From positions 64,001-128,000 of IMG/VR virus record IMGVR_UViG_3300045988_120820: a DNA stretch of 64,000 nucleotides. One strand, 5' to 3'. Numbering within the stretch: the first letter of the stretch is position 1; every line of letters begins with the position of its first letter. This document shows, in pieces, positions 37,349 through 46,678 of this stretch. A model generated the notes under the pieces. That model saw only the letters and a program-made list of their open reading frames with translations. It did no database searches and was not told the DNA's origin. This stretch comes from a virus. Both the position numbers and the translations under genes were made by a program.

Positions 37349-39166
37349 TCAGAGATATGCCTCATCTGTACTAGAAATTTCTTTACCTACCACTACAGGA
37401 ATAGTTTTAGTAAAATTCTTTGCAACAAGATTAACCGTAGAAGTGCCGTCTTTTAATGCAGTAATACTATTATCCTTATTAATTTTTATTATATCGTCAG
37501 TATTTGGTTTTTTTAAAGACACACTATCTGAATAATTTATTACCGGTGATGTAGAATATGGTATAGAATATGTTTCACCAATGCCCATATTCAATGTATT
37601 TATTGAATTTACACTTTCCACATCTAATGCTTCAAATATCACATCAGTAGTATAATTATTATTTCCATCAACAACTTTTATTGTTACAGTAAATTCTTTA
37701 TCAGATAATCTTGTTACATTTCCTAAACTATCTATTGTGGCATTATTTTTATCGCAGATAAATTCAATGTCATAAAATGATTTATCTTTTAAAGGAGTGG
37801 TAACAGGATGTAATGTTGTTATACTATTAACGGCACTATTATATGATTTTATTTCAGTTGTAGACGTATCTCCACAATACAAGTTACCATCTACTTTCAA
37901 GTTTTTTACCCCTGTAACACTATTGTTACAATAAGGAGATAAAACATATTTATTATTATTGATAACTACATAACCATTTATAACATCTTTATATAATGGT
38001 TGAATGTTATATACCCATTTATAATTTGATGCTTTTATAAATCCTAATCTAATGAATTTTGTATTATTTCTTAATGTCATATAAGTCTTATCTCCAGTCC
38101 AAGGTGCATATATTATTCCACCTCTTTGACCATAAATTTCACCTATCTTAACTTTATTTTCGTCGTAACACACTATATTTAAAACAAGACCATAATAATT
38201 AGCACTAATTATTATTTCATTAGTATCAACCTCGATGTATTCTTCGCTATAACATCCTGTTGACCAAGTATTGCCATAGTCGCCACTACTCATTACCGTA
38301 TTGTGACCTCTTACCATAGTCAATGTCTCTTCTTTATTTATAATAGTTTCAGGTATTTTTTCACCTTTAACAGTTATTATTATATCACCAGTAACCTTGT
38401 CTATTGAAACAGTTCTTGATTCTTTACTATATGCTATATCAGTTATATTTATTCCTCCCATTGTAATAGACAACGAAGTTGGTTCATATTCCAAAATAGG
38501 TTCTAATTTAGCTACATACTTAGTATTTGGGTCGATAGAAGTTTTCTTATTATCATTGGTATAATTAGTTAAATTGTTTATTATAGAATAACTTGTAGGC
38601 TGAACAATTTCTGTACATTTTACAGTTATAACTAAATCACCTGTAACACTAGATATATTAATATTACCATTATTATAAACAGTATTGGTGATGTCTGTAC
38701 CACCCATAGTAATAATAACACTATTAATAGAATATCCTTCATTAGCAGTAATAGTTGCAGTATAAGATTGATTCTCCTCTATTTCAGTTGCATTATTATT
38801 ATTAATTGCATTAGATAATGTATTTGTTATAGTATATTTTATTACAGTAGGTGTAGTAGAACCTAATGGTATTTCTGCTATTACTTTATTTCCGCATTTT
38901 ATTTTGTAAGAATTAGTAGTTTGTTCTGTACTAAATAAGTTCGCAATATCTTTAAATTGTGCATCAATTTTACTTGATGACCAAGTCTTATCAGTGCTGG
39001 TATTCACATCATCTATAGAAACACCGCCACCTGTTTCTATCTTGGTTTCTAATTCATTAAATTTAGTGGTAGCAGACTTCCCATTTTTATCTACAACTAA
39101 ATCTGGTGAAGTGTAAGGGTAAGAATAGCCGTCATTCCCGTCTCTCACTTTCATTTTATCGCTCAT
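37349..39166 (-). CDS. fibre protein with two ~75-aa repeat modules and C-terminal Big_2-like domain
   Basis: 605 aa. YTITNTLSNAINNNNATEIEENQSYTATITANEGYSINSVIITMGGTDITN.. occurs twice, and a related copy is in 5807-8089. Confidence 0.65.
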   Translation of the reverse strand: MSDKMKVRDGNDGYSYPYTSPDLVVDKNGKSATTKFNELETKIETGGGVSIDDVNTSTDKTWSSSKIDAQFKDIANLFSTEQTTNSYKIKCGNKVIAEIPLGSTTPTVIKYTITNTLSNAINNNNATEIEENQSYTATITANEGYSINSVIITMGGTDITNTVYNNGNINISSVTGDLVITVKCTEIVQPTSYSIINNLTNYTNDNKKTSIDPNTKYVAKLEPILEYEPTSLSITMGGINITDIAYSKESRTVSIDKVTGDIIITVKGEKIPETIINKEETLTMVRGHNTVMSSGDYGNTWSTGCYSEEYIEVDTNEIIISANYYGLVLNIVCYDENKVKIGEIYGQRGGIIYAPWTGDKTYMTLRNNTKFIRLGFIKASNYKWVYNIQPLYKDVINGYVVINNNKYVLSPYCNNSVTGVKNLKVDGNLYCGDTSTTEIKSYNSAVNSITTLHPVTTPLKDKSFYDIEFICDKNNATIDSLGNVTRLSDKEFTVTIKVVDGNNNYTTDVIFEALDVESVNSINTLNMGIGETYSIPYSTSPVINYSDSVSLKKPNTDDIIKINKDNSITALKDGTSTVNLVAKNFTKTIPVVVGKEISSTDEAYL

Positions 39167-39270
39167 TTAATCATCCTCCATTTCTATATTTTGTAAGAGC
39201 AATAATTTGCCCCCATATAATTTATATACTTTTGTAAAATCATTAATTCAAATATTCTTACAAAAGCATA

Positions 39271-39301
39271 TAAAAAAATATGGGGACATTTCTGCCCCCA
39301 T
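39271..39301 (-). terminator. intrinsic terminator after the major tail protein gene
   Basis: ATGGGG (39280-39285) pairs with CCCCAT (39296-39301), followed on the minus strand by T7. Confidence 0.6.
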
Positions 39302-39325
39302 AAGTTAAAATTTATTAATTATTTT

Positions 39326-39835
39326 TTATATATCTGTTTTATCTTCTTCAAATGTCATAAAATCTCCATTTGTATCAGTACCTACATCAAAAGTTACAGA
39401 ATAAGTTTGTAAATCTAATGAACTTGTACCAAAATCTTCAGTTATTTGTGGAGTACAGTTAGGTATTGTTGCATTTAATATTTTTCTTGTACCGTCTGGG
39501 AATTTTAATTTCATTTTTCCTGTATAAGTATAAGTAGTAGATGGAGAATCACCTATATGTATTTTACCTTCTGCATCTTTTGTAGCTCCTAAAGTAACTA
39601 AGAACATATCGAAATTCATAACTTCCATTTCTGCTGTGAAAGTCATAGCTTTATTTGCTTTTAATGTTATTTTATTTTTACCATCAGCTCTAGCATTTAA
39701 AGTATCTTCTGATTGACCTAAATTAAATGCATTTACATAATCTAATGCTACGTCTTTATCTGCTCCAGTTTCACCATTTGGATGAAGTTTCCCTTGCATA
39801 GCACCTTCTATTACGAATAAAGTTTCTTGTGCCAT
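39326..39835 (-). CDS. major tail (tube) protein
   Basis: 169 aa, strong GGAGG SD, followed by its own terminator. The call rests on position after the connector genes and on size. Confidence 0.55.
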   Translation of the reverse strand: MAQETLFVIEGAMQGKLHPNGETGADKDVALDYVNAFNLGQSEDTLNARADGKNKITLKANKAMTFTAEMEVMNFDMFLVTLGATKDAEGKIHIGDSPSTTYTYTGKMKLKFPDGTRKILNATIPNCTPQITEDFGTSSLDLQTYSVTFDVGTDTNGDFMTFEEDKTDI

Positions 39836-39863
39836 TTCACATTACCTCCGTTTTATTAATTAT

Positions 39864-40604
39864 TTATTCATCCCTCATTAGTCTTGTACCCATATACCAA
39901 GGAGGAATTTCTTTACCTTTATATGCTCCCGCAATAGCAAGTTTCCAAGCCAACTCGCAATCTTCCATTGCTTTCATTGATTTATAAGTGTCTTGTAATT
40001 GCCAAGCAGTCCAATTTTTTATTTCTTCATACGTAGTTTTTCTTGTATGTATCACTTGTCTTACTATTTCTTCAAAATATATAGCATTTTTTTTCATTTG
40101 TTTTTCTTTGTATTCTTTTTCATACTTTTCAAACAATGCTATATCTTCAGCTGAACCTTCAATCTTTTGTTTAATTTCTTTTTTAGGTTCATCATAATAC
40201 ATTATTTCTAAAACAATTTTAGACAATATATTAAAATTACTATCGTCTATAAAAGATTCAATATTATCTTGAGATTTAATAAATATACTATATCCTTTAT
40301 CTCCACAATTTTTTAACTTTATATCTTTTGTATCATATAAAATCATAAGATACAATATTAAATCTACTAATAAAGATTTATTCTTTTGAGATAAGGTATA
40401 ATATATATTAAAAGGCATTTCCACTTCTTCAAAAGCACCATTATTATTCCAATATCGAACCATGTAAAAAGGTTTTATAAACTCTATGCTATCCACCACC
40501 TCTATAAAGGTTTGAATCTTGGGCTGTTTAATAATGCCTAAATTAAATTCTCTTAAATCAATATCTTTACCAGATAATAATTCTTTAGTGAATTTACATT
40601 TCAT
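39864..40604 (-). CDS. hypothetical head-tail/tail-module protein
   Basis: 246-aa ORF, overlapping gene packing. Confidence 0.55.
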   Translation of the reverse strand: MKCKFTKELLSGKDIDLREFNLGIIKQPKIQTFIEVVDSIEFIKPFYMVRYWNNNGAFEEVEMPFNIYYTLSQKNKSLLVDLILYLMILYDTKDIKLKNCGDKGYSIFIKSQDNIESFIDDSNFNILSKIVLEIMYYDEPKKEIKQKIEGSAEDIALFEKYEKEYKEKQMKKNAIYFEEIVRQVIHTRKTTYEEIKNWTAWQLQDTYKSMKAMEDCELAWKLAIAGAYKGKEIPPWYMGTRLMRDE

Positions 40605-41121
40605 TGAAATATCTCACTGTGACACTTGTTATATAAGTGTTATAATCAATTGGTATTGAATAGTTTTGAGATGTAGTTCCTATAATTGGTTTTCCAATAG
40701 CTTCCAACCTTTCATCTTCTCTAAGAATTTCATTTATTCTTTTGTAAATGATAATGTCTCTTGACCCATTTAATGTATTGGAGCAACTATTGTGACAAAC
40801 TACACCTATATCTAATCTAAAAGAACTTATAAATGAAGAAGTTTTACCATTATTTAAAGAAGCTGGTTCATCTTTATACATATTTAAAAATATATAACAA
40901 TCGGATTCAAATATAGCGTCAAAGAGTTTATTAACTCTACGGTCTATAAATATTTTTTTATCATTAAGGTTTTTTATAGGCTCTTTTACTTTAGGTAAAG
41001 ATAAAATATCATCTTCGGTAGTGTTTGTATAATACAACATTTTATTAATTGTATCATCAAGCATTAAAAGAGTTCCCACTTTATTTATATATCTATCGGG
41101 AAATGTTATTAACTTACCCAT
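40594..41121 (-). CDS. hypothetical head-tail joining/tail completion protein
   Basis: 175-aa ORF; call by position only. Confidence 0.5.
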   Translation of the reverse strand: MGKLITFPDRYINKVGTLLMLDDTINKMLYYTNTTEDDILSLPKVKEPIKNLNDKKIFIDRRVNKLFDAIFESDCYIFLNMYKDEPASLNNGKTSSFISSFRLDIGVVCHNSCSNTLNGSRDIIIYKRINEILREDERLEAIGKPIIGTTSQNYSIPIDYNTYITSVTVRYFNEM

Positions 41122-41122
41122 T

Positions 41123-42118
41123 TTAAGACGCCCCCAATCCTCTTATTGTTATATTTTTAATATCTATAGTTTCACCATTTTTATTTTTTGCTATTAAAGT
41201 AATAACCTCTCCAATAATATCAAAATCTAAATCTACAGATATAGTACATTCTTTATTGTTTGTATTAGTAATTTTACAAAAACCATAATCAAAGTCTAAT
41301 TCAAAATTTACTTCTTCGTCATATTGGATTTTATAAATTAAATCTTCACCTATATGTATTTTATCGTTTCCTTCTATCTTTCCGTATTTAACAGACGAAT
41401 CATAAAAAGGATTGTAAGCAACTAAATTATCGTTATCATCTTCCACTAATTGAGTAGTTTCAAGTAATAACCATTTGATTAATCCATCACCAGGAGTTTC
41501 TCTTCTAGTATACTCAAAATCATTTTTATGAGTTATTTTATAAGCTTGTCTATCTTTTCCCATAAGTCTTGCACCGACGTTCAAACTAGAAGTTATCGGA
41601 TTAGAACCTACTAAAACAGTTCTTTTTGCATCTAGGTTAGAAATATATTTATAATCGTGAATACCTTTAGAATACATCGTTAAGTTTGTGATATTAACTG
41701 GTGTTCTATAAATCTCACCTTTGTATCCAATATTGAACCATTCATTACATCGTTTTAATGTATACTTTTTATGAGTCATTGTACTTATTACTTCTTCAAA
41801 TTCTAATATGTAATATGATTTATTCCAATATATATAGCTACCTACATCTACAGGACATTCTAATCTACAAACTAAATATTTTTCATCAAATGCTGTTTTA
41901 TCATTATCAGCCACATCTTTTATAACCATTCTTTCATATGAATTAGTTTCTTTATTTATTAATTCATCTGGTCTTGTATATTGGATTTCATAAGCACTTC
42001 GAGCCTCTTTAGTTAAGTAAAACTCAAAGTCGTTAATCATATCATTTCTTTCTTTTTCCTCTATTGTATTAAAATCTTTTAGATTTCTTTTTCTATATTT
42101 TTCAAAGTAATTACTCAT
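41123..42118 (-). CDS. hypothetical virion protein
   Basis: 331-aa ORF in the connector region. Confidence 0.5.
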   Translation of the reverse strand: MSNYFEKYRKRNLKDFNTIEEKERNDMINDFEFYLTKEARSAYEIQYTRPDELINKETNSYERMVIKDVADNDKTAFDEKYLVCRLECPVDVGSYIYWNKSYYILEFEEVISTMTHKKYTLKRCNEWFNIGYKGEIYRTPVNITNLTMYSKGIHDYKYISNLDAKRTVLVGSNPITSSLNVGARLMGKDRQAYKITHKNDFEYTRRETPGDGLIKWLLLETTQLVEDDNDNLVAYNPFYDSSVKYGKIEGNDKIHIGEDLIYKIQYDEEVNFELDFDYGFCKITNTNNKECTISVDLDFDIIGEVITLIAKNKNGETIDIKNITIRGLGAS

Positions 42119-42521
42119 TTATGTCAACTCCTCTTGTGGCATAACCTATTCTTAACTTTCTCAATTCTTTAACATACATTTCTCTAGTTTTTAAAAGGTT
42201 ATTTAATAAGGTTGCAGGTGACTTAATAGAATACTCACTATCTGTTATATGAATAGTTAAAGCGTCTCTATTAAGTATTTTTGTATCCACAAAAGGAATC
42301 AACATACCTTTAGCTAATATTTGTTTTTCTTTCCAATTTAATTTAGATTTAAAATAGCCGTCCTCTATAGTTAAATCCTGTTTGCATTGTTCAAAATTAG
42401 ATATTGAAACATATAAGTAGGATTCTAATAAATCTTCAAGGACGGATTCATCTATTTCTAATAAATCATCTTTACCTAAATGTTTTAGAAACAAATCATA
42501 AATTTCTGTAACAGGTGTCAT
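42111..42521 (-). CDS. head-tail connector/adaptor-position protein
   Basis: 136-aa ORF downstream of the capsid gene; call by position only. Confidence 0.45.
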   Translation of the reverse strand: MTPVTEIYDLFLKHLGKDDLLEIDESVLEDLLESYLYVSISNFEQCKQDLTIEDGYFKSKLNWKEKQILAKGMLIPFVDTKILNRDALTIHITDSEYSIKSPATLLNNLLKTREMYVKELRKLRIGYATRGVDINE

Positions 42522-42531
42522 TTAATCACCT

Positions 42532-43152
42532 CTAATCAATATCTAGTAATTGTTCTCTACCTAGTAAATCACATAATATTTTTTCTTTTCTTCTTGATAA
42601 CTCGAAATCAGTTTCTTCTGATTTAGTCATCATTATCGCTTTACAAGCTAGATTTCTTAGGAATGACTCTTTTCTATTTTGAATTTTTCTTTCAAATCTA
42701 TCATCTGGAAGATTTAATAATTCTTCAGCTTTAGCAGTTAATTGATTTTCTTCGCTATTATAAATAGAAGCTATACCAACATAATCTACAACATTATCTA
42801 TTGTGTATTCATCTGATAATACGTCTGTTACAATTATCATATAATCTTTAAAAAAAGATTTACATTTATTTGCAACTTCCCATAATTCTGCTAAAGATAT
42901 TTCAGTATATTCGTTTGGAAGTAAATCAAAATATACTTCTTCATTCTTATTCATATAAATAACACTCATAAAAGACATATTACAAATCTGAACATATATT
43001 TCATCTTGATTCTTTTTTAATTCCATATTAATTTGTCTTTTAGTTTTTTTCTTTTCTATTTTTTCTTCTACCTTTTCCATAACATCTTTAGTTACTTCAT
43101 TGGCAGTTTTCGCTTTAGTTGATTTAGTAGTAGCTTTTTTTACTTTTTCCAT
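42532..43152 (-). CDS. hypothetical protein with Lys-rich N-terminus
   Basis: 206-aa ORF, first gene after the capsid terminator. Confidence 0.55.
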   Translation of the reverse strand: MEKVKKATTKSTKAKTANEVTKDVMEKVEEKIEKKKTKRQINMELKKNQDEIYVQICNMSFMSVIYMNKNEEVYFDLLPNEYTEISLAELWEVANKCKSFFKDYMIIVTDVLSDEYTIDNVVDYVGIASIYNSEENQLTAKAEELLNLPDDRFERKIQNRKESFLRNLACKAIMMTKSEETDFELSRRKEKILCDLLGREQLLDID

Positions 43153-43171
43153 TTTGTTTATTCTCCCTTCT

Positions 43172-43205
43172 AAATTAAATAAAGCACTACCAACAAAGTA
43201 GTGCT
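43172..43205 (-). terminator. intrinsic terminator after the major capsid gene
   Basis: AGCACTAC (43183-43190) pairs with GTAGTGCT (43198-43205); TTTATTTAATTT follows on the minus strand. Confidence 0.6.
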
Positions 43206-43229
43206 ATGTTAATTATTAATTATTTTTGA

Positions 43230-43378
43230 TTAGTTTTGTATTTTTATTATAGCGTAAGTAGAAGCTATAGCTACACCTAAATGTACCATACGGTTCATTT
43301 CCATTTCGATTTGATAATCTTTTCTAGCTCCAGTAGTATCTTCGTTTAATTCTACATCGCCTAATCTTCGCATAAGGT
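43230..43378 (-). CDS. major capsid protein, exon 2 (C-terminal 49 aa)
   Basis: Hand translation (Y)LMRRLGDVELNEDTTGARKDYQIEMEMNRMVHLGVAIASTYAIIKIQN. The frame is restored when joined after U at 43749. It is not in the ORF track. Confidence 0.7.
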
Positions 43379-43748
43379 CGTTATTCTTATACCGTTCTCT
43401 AAGGAACTGCTCATGCTTTCACATGAGAGGAGACTATTTCTTCACCCTATATTTATAGGGGCAACCCACTTCCACCCACTTGGGTGTACGAACTTGCGTT
43501 CTAGTCGTTGGAGTTTTTCCTCGTTATATTATAAATTTATTTATAACAGGGGAACTTACCTGCATGAACAGGGATTGTAATGAATTTAATCATTTAGTGT
43601 TTAGGATTTAACCATGCACCATCTCTACGTTTTTTCTACTTTCGTGCCGTTACGTTTTAGTTTTCACTATCCGCTTTGGTGTAGAGCTTTACCCATTACC
43701 TGCAATTCAAGTTGTGTCCTATACCGATTGCTCGATATACGAGGCGTT
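43379..43748 (-). mobile_element. group-I-like intron in the major capsid gene (family A, 370 nt, ORF-less)
   Basis: A P1-like GCUU|..GAGC pairing is present. It shares UAGGACACAA, GCAGGUAAUGGG, CAACGACUAG, AAAUAGUCUC and the ..AAGAAUAACG end with TMP-I3 and TMP-I4. Confidence 0.75.
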
Positions 43749-44640
43749 AAGCTACGTTTAGCTCGTTACCTTCATATCCTAATTTTACAATTGACTCACC
43801 GGCTGGTAGTAAAATTAAGTATTTATCTTCTATATCAAATTTACCTACTTCTTTATCATAATAGTTTGGTAATGGAACTAATGGAGTACCTTCAAACACT
43901 CTAGTATAACCATAATTCCTTCTATCATCTTTTTCTGCGTCAGATAAGAAAGTAGCATCAGTTTTTACATGAGCTAATGCTGATTTAGTACCTAATATTT
44001 GTACTTCTGCACCTGTATAGTCAGAAACTTTAGCTATCATTTCTCTTAATGTTTCTGCTAAAGCAGTATCTGGAGTAGCCTTGCATAAATTTGGATTTCC
44101 GGCAGTATCATAAGCCCCATATAAAGTTTTAGTTACTAAAGTACATATTTTTTTATCAAAAGATTTAGAAACTCTTTCTACGAATAATGTCCAATCTATA
44201 GCACCTTTTAAGAAATCGAACATTTCTGCATAGATTTTGATACCTAGTCTAAAACCTTTAGTATCAACTTTTCTATCAAAAATTCTTTGTCTATGAACAG
44301 TCTTGACACCAGTAGCCATTAAACTAACTTTAAATAATTCATCATTTTGTACTAAATATTCTTTTTTATCACCTAAGTCGAATGTTTCAACATCAACTAA
44401 ATCTCCATAAGATTCCATAGTTATTTCATTATGTGTTACTGTTATTAATTCTTCTAATAATTCAAATACAATAGTACCATTTCTATCTAACCATCTTTTA
44501 TATTTAGATTTCTTTTCTGGTAATGGTTCTACTTTTTCAAATATCATATTTCTGATTATATCAGATGCTTCTTTTTTAGAATAATTACATACTCCATTAT
44601 GTAAATCTACTATCATTTGTCTAACATCGTTATCTATCAT
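43749..44640 (-). CDS. major capsid protein, exon 1 (297 aa + 1 nt)
   Basis: Abundant-protein context: strong SD, a terminator after exon 2, and position after scaffold/decoration genes. The ORF ends ..LGYEGNELNVA with UAA spanning the splice donor. Confidence 0.7.
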
Positions 44641-44679
44641 TATTTATAACCTCCTAATTTTATTAATTGTTTTTTGATT

Positions 44680-45189
44680 TTAATAGAATAATATTTTAAC
44701 CATATCTCTACCTTGTACTGTAAGTACTTCTACAACTTCACCAACTATTCTTTTAGCTCCTGTTTCACCAACACCTGGAGCAGTGTATTTTTTAAGATTA
44801 TGTGAACTAGCTTTAACAGTTAATTGGTCTCCTACGGCAACAGTTTCGTCTATAAGTGTTTTTTCTATAGTGACAACCATTCCTTTATGTAAAAAATAAC
44901 CTCTCACAGGGTTTCCTGCTTCTGTATCTGGATAATCTCCATGATTCCACATATCTCTTTTATCATATCTATGACCGTCAGATGCTACCATAGCTAATAT
45001 TTTATTAGCGTCATCTTCTAAATCAGTTACTTCATAACATTCACCTTCTGCCCCTATATCAGATACTTTAGCTAAAGTATTATCAGCAAGTCCTTTTACT
45101 AATACTACTTCTCCATTTTTTAATGCTTCATCTTCGCATATTATTGATTTGGCAAAATTATCTTCTACATAATTTAATATTTGTATCAT
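44680..45189 (-). CDS. possible head decoration protein
   Basis: 169 aa between the scaffold and capsid genes; call by position only. Confidence 0.4.
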   Translation of the reverse strand: MIQILNYVEDNFAKSIICEDEALKNGEVVLVKGLADNTLAKVSDIGAEGECYEVTDLEDDANKILAMVASDGHRYDKRDMWNHGDYPDTEAGNPVRGYFLHKGMVVTIEKTLIDETVAVGDQLTVKASSHNLKKYTAPGVGETGAKRIVGEVVEVLTVQGRDMVKILFY

Positions 45190-45214
45190 TATTTATACCT
45201 CCTAATTTTGTTAA

Positions 45215-46468
45215 TTATTTTTTGTTTTTCCATTTTTCCAATCTACCACCGTAAGGTGCATTAGAATCTGTAAATTCTTCATTTGGATTTATTATACCTA
45301 CTGAATTAGTTTTTCCATTTTTAGGTTTACTAAATGATTGAGTTTCTCTAACTTGATTAGCCCACATTATAGCTAATTTTCCTTCATATTCTTCTTTAGA
45401 TATTTCATGTTTTAATGCTTTATCTTGAAGTGCTTTAGCATCTTCTGTATCTAAAGAATATTTTTCAGTTATAGAATCAATTTCTAATTTAAATTGTTTA
45501 GCATCGCTATCAGCTTTAAATTGTTTTAATTCTTCATAATCACTCATGCTTTCTAATTGAGCTTTTAATTCTTCGTATTCAATTTTTAATTGGTCAAAAG
45601 CAGTTTTTAATTGTGTATATTTTTCATCTTCTGTGTTATCTTCAACAGAATGATTTTCCTTATCTTTATCTTCTTTCTTTTCTTCAGAATCATCTTGAGA
45701 ACATTCTTCTTTTTGTTCTTCTTCATCCGGAGTGAAATCTTCTTGTTGAGTTCCCTCTTGATTTTCAAACTCTTCAGTTTCTTGAACTTCTTGATTTTCA
45801 AACTCTTTATCCATTGTTTCACCTCCCTTTTCTAAAGAATAAATTTTCTTCATTTCTTCTAATTCAGTTTTAACATCTCCACAAGTGAACAGAGATAAGT
45901 TAGCTCCTGCCATAGCAGGTTGAACACCTACACCAAGCATTGTTATACCTAAAAAAGTAAAATCAGTTATTTCAAAGAATCCATCTTCTCTAAAGCTGAA
46001 ATCGTCAACATTTATTTCCATAGATACTTCTAATGCACCATCGTTAGAATCTAATACATCAAGTAATTGTTGGGAATACTCCCTCCATATTAATGCTGTG
46101 CAAGATAAATATTTCTTACCGTCTTTTTCTACTTGTGTAATTATAGTATCTTCTGGAACGAATCCATAAGCTTTTTCAAGATATATTAACTGATAATCGT
46201 AACCATCTGGAGTATCAGTAGCCTCCACTTTAGTATCATGTCCACCTAAAACCCATTCGTCATCTTCATTTTTATAAACATGAGCTAATAAGGGTATACC
46301 TCTAATACTTTTTTCAGCACATTTCATTTGTGTTTCTGAATCAAACCAAGAACCATTTAAATTATCTTGGTCGTGACATACAAGTATTCTACATCCTACA
46401 AATCTACTATCACTTGAAGATTTAAAAACTTCCATTTCACTATATAATTTTAAATGTTTATTTCCCAA
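45215..46468 (-). CDS. scaffolding protein (acidic coiled-coil C-half; N-half may be a prohead-protease-like domain)
   Basis: 417 aa. Highly acidic EFENQEVQETEEFENQEG..DSEEKKEDKDKE segment plus coiled coil. It lies upstream of the capsid gene. Confidence 0.55.
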   Translation of the reverse strand: MGNKHLKLYSEMEVFKSSSDSRFVGCRILVCHDQDNLNGSWFDSETQMKCAEKSIRGIPLLAHVYKNEDDEWVLGGHDTKVEATDTPDGYDYQLIYLEKAYGFVPEDTIITQVEKDGKKYLSCTALIWREYSQQLLDVLDSNDGALEVSMEINVDDFSFREDGFFEITDFTFLGITMLGVGVQPAMAGANLSLFTCGDVKTELEEMKKIYSLEKGGETMDKEFENQEVQETEEFENQEGTQQEDFTPDEEEQKEECSQDDSEEKKEDKDKENHSVEDNTEDEKYTQLKTAFDQLKIEYEELKAQLESMSDYEELKQFKADSDAKQFKLEIDSITEKYSLDTEDAKALQDKALKHEISKEEYEGKLAIMWANQVRETQSFSKPKNGKTNSVGIINPNEEFTDSNAPYGGRLEKWKNKK

Positions 46469-46492
46469 TTCTAATTCACACCCCCTTTCTTC

Positions 46493-46678
46493 TTAGAAAA
46501 ATAATTTATTAGAAAACATGAATTTTCTTTTATCTTCATTACTGAATTTAACTTTAGTACTATTAAGAAAAATATAAACAGTTTTATTGTCTATAATACC
46601 TTCAGATAAAAACACTAATCCTCGATTTAAAAGTTCATGTTTATCTTCTTCATTAAATGCATATATGAATTTATTCAT
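46493..46678 (-). CDS. hypothetical small protein
   Basis: 61 aa; overlaps the protease gene end by 8 nt. Confidence 0.5.
   Translation of the reverse strand: MNKFIYAFNEEDKHELLNRGLVFLSEGIIDNKTVYIFLNSTKVKFSNEDKRKFMFSNKLFF

Noticed and set aside
45607-45835. Two Lys- or Phe-rich ORFs (71 and 74 aa) inside the scaffold gene.
   Set aside because: These are alternative-frame and antisense readings of the GAA/GAT-rich acidic repeat of the scaffold ORF, so they are low-complexity artefacts.
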